Shown here: one piece after another, positions 58,093 to 64,000 of the stretch
Position numbering within the stretch: position 1 is the stretch's first letter
Layout of the letters: each line of letters starts with the position of its first letter
From: a virus
Reading direction: 5' to 3' (one strand)
Length of the DNA stretch: 64,000 nucleotides
Virus record (IMG/VR): IMGVR_UViG_3300003873_000004
Coordinates: 1-64,000 of that record
Notes under the pieces: generated by a model
What the model saw: only the letters and a program-made list of their open reading frames with translations
Told to the model about the DNA's origin: nothing
The model's database searches: none
Made by a program: the position numbers and the translations under genes

Positions 58093-58688
58093 GAATTATT
58101 GGACTTGCCGGGAAGGCGAGAAGCGGCAAAGACACTGTCGCCGGTATGATTCAAGACACATTAGAGCTAGATTTCCAGGAACTTGCCGTAAAATATGCTC
58201 TAGCTGGCCCATTGAAAGAAGCAGCAGCAAAAATGTTTGGAATTCATCTAGACGATTTCTACAACGATAATAAAGAAACACCAAACGATTTCTGGGGCAT
58301 CTCCCCTAGAGAAATTGCTCAGAAATTCGGGACGGAATGTGCTCGCGAAGTATTTCGAGAGGATTTCTGGTTGAAGCGTATGGAAATGGAAATGACGAGC
58401 ACAAATTGCGACGTGTTCGTTATCACAGATATTCGATTTCGAAATGAAGCTGATTGGGTACGATCACATGGCGGGGAAATTTGGCATGTTGTCCGACCTT
58501 CTATTGGTGATGGTGTTGTTCGAGATCACGCATCAGAAGCGGGAATTGAATTTGTTGAAGGTGACGTTTCTATTTCAAATGACGGTTCATTGCCGCAGCT
58601 AGAAAAACGTGTCCTGACCTTTTTAGATAATATCTTGACAAAAACTAAGATTTCTGATAGTCTCAGCGTAGAGAAGGAGAACAAATGA
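58089..58688 (+). CDS. gp1: Deoxynucleoside monophosphate kinase
   Basis: GLAGKARSGKDT, PREIAQ.FGTE, ITDIRF.NE, HASE. Confidence 0.9.
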   Translation: MRIIGLAGKARSGKDTVAGMIQDTLELDFQELAVKYALAGPLKEAAAKMFGIHLDDFYNDNKETPNDFWGISPREIAQKFGTECAREVFREDFWLKRMEMEMTSTNCDVFVITDIRFRNEADWVRSHGGEIWHVVRPSIGDGVVRDHASEAGIEFVEGDVSISNDGSLPQLEKRVLTFLDNILTKTKISDSLSVEKENK

Positions 58689-60217
58689 CAAAATTTTACA
58701 CATCAGTTGAACCCTATGGCAATGCTTTCCGTGTCAGACAGGTAGATGATGGAATCAGATCGAACAGAATCGTTCGTGGGTTTGTTCCAGACTTATTTCG
58801 ACCAACAAACGACGAATCAGAAAAGCAAGCAATCGGAATGGACGGAAAGACTATGCTTGCCAAATTGCCTTGTTCTAACGTCAGAGAGGCCAAAGATTTG
58901 ATTCAACAATACTCTGGGACGTCTTTTGATGTTTATGGCTCACCAAACATGATTTCTCAGTTCATTTCGAAAACATATCCAGGAACTATTGATTTCGACC
59001 CGTCTAACATTCGAATCTTCTACCTAGACATGGAATGTTACACTAGGAATCCAGATGGTTCGAGTGCTGGATTTCCTCACTCAAAGGATGCCAAGTTTCC
59101 GATCAATCTAATTCAGGTCATTGACAGTCAAGATGTCGAGGGTGATGTTGTTAGAATTTGGGGACTACAGCCATTCGATGATTCAGAAAGTGACATTATC
59201 TACACAGTATGTCGAGACGAGAGCGACTTACTATGTCGATTTGTACAATTTTGGCAGAGTAACTGCCCAGACGTCATGACTGGCTGGAACGTAAAAGGAT
59301 TCGATGTTCCTTACATTGTCAATCGTATTATGTCAGTGTTAGGCGAAGATGAAGCGAAGAAATTGTCTCCATGGGGCGAAGTTCGTCAGCGCAATTATAC
59401 AAACGATTTTCAGCAAGAAGAACAGACGTATATTATTTCTGGGGTTGCTGTACTCGATTATCTTGAACTCTATAAGAAATACACATACCATAATCTCGAA
59501 AATTATAAATTGGACAGTGTCGCACATTACGAATTGAAAAGTAGGAAGGTAGACTACTCAGATTTAGGCTCTCTGTTGCGTTTGTGTGACGAAGACCATG
59601 ATAAATTTGTGGAATATGGAGCAACCGACTCCCGGCTGATTTTACAGTTAGAACAGAAGATGAAGTTGATCAATTTGGTATTCGAGCTTGCTTACCATAA
59701 CAAGACGAATTATGCTGATACTTTTTCTCCGGTTAGATCATGGGAAGCAATCATTTTCAATACGATGCTTGATCGAAATATGTATTCTACGGTCGAAAAT
59801 ACAGACAACACAGAACAATTTAGAATAGAAGGCGGTTTTGTAAAACAACCAACAACTGGTAAAATGTTAGAGTGGGTAATATCAGAAGATTTTGCTAGCC
59901 TATATCCGTCGCTTATTATGCAGTATAACATTTCGCCTGAGACATATCTAGGGCAGGATTATCTTGACGTACCACAGTTTGAACGTGAAGACTTGATAGC
60001 GGGCAGTGTTGATTTGTCGAAGTTGACAGGAACAAATATCACAATGACACCAAACAGATCATTTTTCAATACAGAAAACGAAGGAATATTACCCTATTTG
60101 ATGGGGCTGATGTATGCGGAACGAAAATCAATCAAGCGAGAAATGTTATCTGTGGAACGGGAACGAGAGATCGTTCGAGATAAAATAAGAAGCTTATCGG
60201 ATGAGACTGCCGGATAG
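58685..60217 (+). CDS. gp43: Family B DNA polymerase, N-terminal subunit (gp43A: exonuclease and motif A)
   Basis: Exo I LDMEC, Exo II GWN..GFD.PY, Exo III Y...D, motif A DFASLYPS; ends after the first fingers helix. Confidence 0.92.
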   Translation: MTKFYTSVEPYGNAFRVRQVDDGIRSNRIVRGFVPDLFRPTNDESEKQAIGMDGKTMLAKLPCSNVREAKDLIQQYSGTSFDVYGSPNMISQFISKTYPGTIDFDPSNIRIFYLDMECYTRNPDGSSAGFPHSKDAKFPINLIQVIDSQDVEGDVVRIWGLQPFDDSESDIIYTVCRDESDLLCRFVQFWQSNCPDVMTGWNVKGFDVPYIVNRIMSVLGEDEAKKLSPWGEVRQRNYTNDFQQEEQTYIISGVAVLDYLELYKKYTYHNLENYKLDSVAHYELKSRKVDYSDLGSLLRLCDEDHDKFVEYGATDSRLILQLEQKMKLINLVFELAYHNKTNYADTFSPVRSWEAIIFNTMLDRNMYSTVENTDNTEQFRIEGGFVKQPTTGKMLEWVISEDFASLYPSLIMQYNISPETYLGQDYLDVPQFEREDLIAGSVDLSKLTGTNITMTPNRSFFNTENEGILPYLMGLMYAERKSIKREMLSVEREREIVRDKIRSLSDETAG

Positions 60218-61195
60218 TCCTCTATGTGTTTTCTGCCGTTTTGCAGTTAAGTCACAAATACCTTGAGAACTAATATTCATATGAGAATACTTGTGTTTTA
60301 TTTCATACGTAGTGCCAGTGAATTTATTTCCTGAGTCTATTTCGTACACCGTGTGAATTTTCTTATATTTATCTATTTGTTGATCGTATTTTCTTGGTAG
60401 ACTATCATCGTTTATCTTCATCCAGCCATCAGATTGACCATTAGGTTTTCTAAGAATATAGTATATGTTTACCTCCGGGTATTTGTCTGAGAATTCATGG
60501 TTTGTGCCATCGAAGCGTTCCTCGGTGTCTAAGTTATATAATGATATTTTCTTTGCTCCGTGGAACAATCGTGAAGCCTCAGTGTTAGATTTTGTACTGT
60601 AAGTTGGTATGATGTTGTCGTGTGTGAGCATCCAGTCGTTTGATTTTGCTCCTTTATGTGATAGCATATAATTCATGGAAACGTGTTCCCGTTTTCTGAA
60701 CTCGTATACTGTACCGTTGAAGAATTTTTTCGTCTTAAGATTGTATGCTTGTATTACCTTTTTGTTGTTTGGTGATTCTTTCGCCCTTTCTATAATCCCT
60801 TCTGTCATTAGTCTTTTTGCCTCTACGCGCTGGCGCAAGGAACGATAGTTTCGGTTTATCTTTTGTGAACAAATAAGCCCATAGGATAGATACATCTTTG
60901 TTTTACTTTTGCCCGTTGTTATTCTACATAGAAGGTGGTGAGCGAACAAATGCTCTCTGATGGATAGCTGCACAATATTATCTTCAGACTCGCCGGTTCC
61001 GGGAATAACTGCAAATTTAGATTGTCTAGGCGAGTCTAAGAAGAAACTTGCTGGAATGATGTGGTGTAATTCCAGACGAGGAGCCTTGCTCGGAAACGCT
61101 TGTCTAGTCGTTATAAAATCGTCATAAATTTTAAGGTATTTGTTTTCTTTGAACGCTGCGAGATTATACTCTCGATCATAAATAGATTTAGTCAT
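60194..61195 (-). CDS. HNH homing endonuclease between gp43A and gp43B
   Basis: ELHHIIP, NIVQLSIREHLFAHHLL; repeated DNA-binding modules; TATAAATA at 61279-61272. Confidence 0.85.
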   Translation of the reverse strand: MTKSIYDREYNLAAFKENKYLKIYDDFITTRQAFPSKAPRLELHHIIPASFFLDSPRQSKFAVIPGTGESEDNIVQLSIREHLFAHHLLCRITTGKSKTKMYLSYGLICSQKINRNYRSLRQRVEAKRLMTEGIIERAKESPNNKKVIQAYNLKTKKFFNGTVYEFRKREHVSMNYMLSHKGAKSNDWMLTHDNIIPTYSTKSNTEASRLFHGAKKISLYNLDTEERFDGTNHEFSDKYPEVNIYYILRKPNGQSDGWMKINDDSLPRKYDQQIDKYKKIHTVYEIDSGNKFTGTTYEIKHKYSHMNISSQGICDLTAKRQKTHRGLSGSLIR

Positions 61196-61344
61196 TTCAA
61201 TACTCCATTATTGTTTTGATTAGAAGGCTGTTTGTGTTACTAGCACAGGCGGCCTTCGTTGTTTCTGATAGTATTTATAAAAAGTTAAATTTTCGCTTGA
61301 CAACTAATGTAAATAAATGTAGACTACACAAACATGGAGGAAAA

Positions 61345-62681
61345 ATGACATTAGAAAAACTAAAACAGCAGGAGCAGGATTTGACATCGAAGATTTCAAG
61401 TCTTAATAATGCTCAAATGGCTAGAAAAATCCTTTAATTTTGGAGGCTTTGGTCGGGAACGACCATTGTACATCGTGTGAATTGCTGGAAAGCTAAGTCG
61501 AAAGATATGCCAATCAGCAGCCAAGCCCACATAGGGAAGGTTCAGAGACTATCCGTAAGGAGTAGGAATCAAGTGGTTCCGAAGCGCACGACAACCAGAA
61601 CGGTTGATGATATAGTCCGATCTTGCGCGAAAGCGTAAGCTGCGAAAGCGAGGCAATAGTAACGTCATTGTCTGAACATGTGCTAAATTCCTGTTTTGGT
61701 GCCCTAGCATCAAAATATTATAGATATAACAATTCATATATTGCTGAGTCCATAACTACGGCGGGACAAGTTGGTATCCAGTGGACAATGAGAAAAACAA
61801 ATGAATATTTGAACCTTATTCTAAAAACTGACGATGTGGATTATACCGTCGGGGCAGACACAGATTCCGAATATGTTGAATTAAATCAGCTAGTTATGAG
61901 ATATTTCAAAGATAAGCCAAACGCGACAGATCACGACAAAGTTGAATTTCTTGATCTGTTCTGTAAGACCCAGCTCGACCCCGCGATTCAAAAGTCTTGT
62001 ATTGAGATGAAAGATTATATGAACGCAAGATTAAACAAGCTAGATATGGAAAGAGAAGCCATATCTTCACGTGGTTTTTTCACCGCGAAAAAACGGTACG
62101 CTCTACTGGTACATGACATGGAAGGCGTCCGCTACGCCAAACCAAAACTAAAAATCATGGGATTAGAAACTCAGAAATCTTCTACACCAAAACCATGTAG
62201 AGATTTGCTAAAAGATATGATCATGGTAATGTTGACCAAAGGGGAAACAGAAACCCAAGAGTTCATCGAGAATGCCCATGATGATTTTATTGCTCTTGAC
62301 ATTGGTGAATATGCCGTCCCGCGTGGTATCAATGGTCTAGAAAAATATTGTATCGAAAATGGCAAAGCTATCAATGGTACACCAGCGCACGCTAAAGCAG
62401 CTTTAGTTTACAATATGATGATCAAACGAAAGAATTTACCGCTTGACCCAATCAAATCTGGGGACAAGTTGAAATATGTTCCACTGAAAGAACCAAATCC
62501 TTGTGGATTTCCAATTGTTGGATTCCCGTCACATCTAGGATTGCCAAAAGAATTTGGATTAGATGAATATGTGGACGTAGAAACTGTGTATTATAAAGCA
62601 TTTTTGAAGCCGGCAGAAGCCATGCTTGGTGCTGTCGGATGGAATGTAGAGAAAACATCTAGTCTGGAGGACTTTTTCTGA
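61345..62681 (+). CDS. gp43: Family B DNA polymerase, C-terminal subunit (gp43B); exons 61345-61434 and 61683-62681
   Basis: Own promoter (61297) and SD ggagg; splicing gives QMARKILLNSCFGAL (motif B); ADTDS (motif C), KKRYAL, KIMGLE. Confidence 0.9.
61435..61682 (+). ncRNA. Group I self-splicing intron (IA-type), 248 nt, no ORF
   Basis: P aattgctggaaa, Q aatcagcag, R ttcagagacta, S gatatagtcc; P3 tcgtgtg/cgcacga; exon ends in U paired with G in ggagg; terminal G. Confidence 0.92.
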
Positions 62682-62905
62682 TGAAAGAAGTCGATTACTC
62701 AAAAGAAGTAGCCAAAATTAACAGTAATTTGAAGATTCTGTCGATGACAAATCATTTTGCTGATCGATATGTGCATATGGTTCAGAGTGGATATGATAGA
62801 GCAGATACCGCCGAAGCCATTTTAACAATGGTAATTGACACGCTGGATGAACTTGAAGAAGAAAATTTGAAATATGAACAAGAATCTAAGTTTGGTTGGG
62901 ATTAA
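62681..62905 (+). CDS. Hypothetical protein
   Basis: TGATG overlap with gp43B. Confidence 0.55.
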   Translation: MKEVDYSKEVAKINSNLKILSMTNHFADRYVHMVQSGYDRADTAEAILTMVIDTLDELEEENLKYEQESKFGWD

Positions 62906-62967
62906 CACTTGACAAGAGCAAAGAAATAGTTTAGACTTATTGTATTGAAAGAGAAATTGAGGATATT

Positions 62968-63276
62968 ATGAAAATTTATAGATCAATGTGTACAGAAGAA
63001 TTCGAAAGAACAATTAGAAATCAGACTTTCGACTTCTCTAAATCCCGATTCAAGTGGTTCACACCAAACTTAGATTATCAATCTAGAGTTCGAGATGGGA
63101 GTTTCAACAATTCAAATATTAAATCTGAACGATATGAACATTTGATCGAATTTGAAATTGATGATTCCAAATCAAAATGGTTTTTTAAAATTGGCCGCCG
63201 TGAATTGTTGCTGGACAGAAGGACAGCCAACCAAGTTCCGGTCAAAAATATACAAGTAATATTGAAGGAGATTTAG
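62968..63276 (+). CDS. Hypothetical early protein
   Basis: Promoter at 62909 and SD gagg. Confidence 0.65.
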   Translation: MKIYRSMCTEEFERTIRNQTFDFSKSRFKWFTPNLDYQSRVRDGSFNNSNIKSERYEHLIEFEIDDSKSKWFFKIGRRELLLDRRTANQVPVKNIQVILKEI

Positions 63277-63278
63277 TT

Positions 63279-63452
63279 ATGAACATATCACTAACGGAAG
63301 AAGAACGAAAAACATTGGCTCATTTACTGTTCTACATTGAAAAGGACGCGGTTTACGATTCTCTTCAATATGATACCGATGAAGGAAAAGAAAGATCGAT
63401 AGAAGTAATTGGTCGGATTTATGACAAATTGTATATTAGGAGCCCGCTATGA
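63279..63452 (+). CDS. Hypothetical 57-aa protein
   Basis: SD aaggag; ATGA overlap with the next gene; not in the ORF track. Confidence 0.55.
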   Translation: MNISLTEEERKTLAHLLFYIEKDAVYDSLQYDTDEGKERSIEVIGRIYDKLYIRSPL

Positions 63453-63703
63453 CATCGTGGTACGCTTTACTAAAAGAAAAAGATGACAGTTTTGAACACT
63501 CTCATATGACAATAGTATTGTACGAAGGAAAAGAATACGTTAGGTTCGCTTCATATGGCAACGCCTTGTACAATACCGCTCTGAGTGTAGCCCGCGCTAA
63601 CCGAGCCACTTTGTTGAAAGTTACTTGTGAGGACGAAGACGTGTTCGATTTCTTATCTGGCACATTTGTCGAAATTTTACTAGGGGCCGAATATGAACAC
63701 TAA
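63449..63703 (+). CDS. Hypothetical protein
   Basis: SD aggag; translationally coupled arrangement. Confidence 0.55.
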   Translation: MTSWYALLKEKDDSFEHSHMTIVLYEGKEYVRFASYGNALYNTALSVARANRATLLKVTCEDEDVFDFLSGTFVEILLGAEYEH

Positions 63704-64000
63704 AGAAATATTTCTAAACGCGTTAGCCGATATTAACAAAGATGGGCTACCTTTCAGCGTACAGATTCATTGTGTTGTAAACGAAGCAATGGAAATTCCA
63801 GAAGCAGTCAGAGCGCAGAATCCAAATCAGATCATGTTTCGACTTTCTTCTGATTTGTCGCCAAACATATTCTATGATTTCGATAGCCGAACATTTTCGT
63901 TTGATTGTACTTTCAGTCATAATCCTACACGAGTTTATATGAATCTTGATAATATTGCTGGAGTTGTAGACGATCTGGATAATTCTACAATGATGTTTGG
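63693..64000 (+). CDS. sspB: SspB-like ClpXP adaptor (3' truncated by the window)
   Basis: ALADINKDGLP..MEIPEAVRAQNPNQIMFRL..FSFDCTFSHNPTRVYMNLDNIAGVVD resembles alphaproteobacterial-type SspB; not in the ORF track. Confidence 0.65.
   Translation, partial: MNTKEIFLNALADINKDGLPFSVQIHCVVNEAMEIPEAVRAQNPNQIMFRLSSDLSPNIFYDFDSRTFSFDCTFSHNPTRVYMNLDNIAGVVDDLDNSTMMF

Noticed and set aside
60194-61344. One large intron or intein containing the HNH gene and joining gp43A to gp43B
   Set aside because: No intron core or intein motifs at this break; gp43A has a stop, and gp43B has its own promoter and SD.
61216-61682. ORF-track starts at 61216 and 61623
   Set aside because: The likely start is 61345 (promoter plus SD), and 61623-61682 is intron sequence.
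694-62658. Numerous 60-190 aa antisense or nested ORFs in the track (e.g. 1607-1963, 8748-9320, 22631-23032, 40373-40801)
   Set aside because: They overlap well-supported genes and lack promoters, SD sequences or recognisable motifs.
1-64000. CRISPR array
   Set aside because: No regularly spaced repeat-spacer series seen; repeats are dispersed or two-copy.
1-64000. Stop-codon reassignment
   Set aside because: Core genes are full length in the standard code and end in TAA, TGA and TAG; interruptions are explained by the intein, intron, gene split or single indels.
1-64000. Apparent abundance of CTAG and GATC, suggesting no restriction-site avoidance
   Set aside because: Visual impression only; needs a Markov-normalised tetranucleotide count that I cannot run.

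Overview
A 64-kb segment of an AT-rich T4-like myovirus genome, in the standard genetic code. From about 1 to 30 kb it carries late virion genes: baseplate gp8, a large VrlC-like protein, a GC-richer tail-fibre cassette, gp13-gp23 and three Hef/Vsr-like endonuclease genes. These use a CTAAATA late-promoter motif. A minus-strand block follows (uvsW, a frameshifted DNA methyltransferase, uvsY, gp3, an IS607 tnpA/tnpB element), then a structured non-coding region. From about 36 to 64 kb are replication and nucleotide genes behind TTGACA-N17-TAGACT promoters: dda, 55, 47, 46, a VWA/AAA+ pair, a tRNA, 45, 44, 62, regA, dut, a 7-deazaguanine cluster, dNMP kinase and gp43. The main findings are: (1) a MoxR/CobS-like AAA+ ATPase gene broken at Walker B by a naturally split intein, with a free-standing endonuclease between the halves; (2) a queD-queE-folE-dpdL-glycosyltransferase-dpdA cluster with no queC in the window, suggesting an uncharacterised glycosylated 7-deazaguanine DNA modification; (3) a DNA polymerase split into two genes around an antisense HNH endonuclease, with a 248-nt group I intron in motif B of the second part; (4) a CAU tRNA with a long variable arm, a phage SspB-like adaptor, a leader architecture shared by unrelated endonucleases, and many apparently leaderless genes. 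All assignments come from motif recognition by eye; no searches were run.
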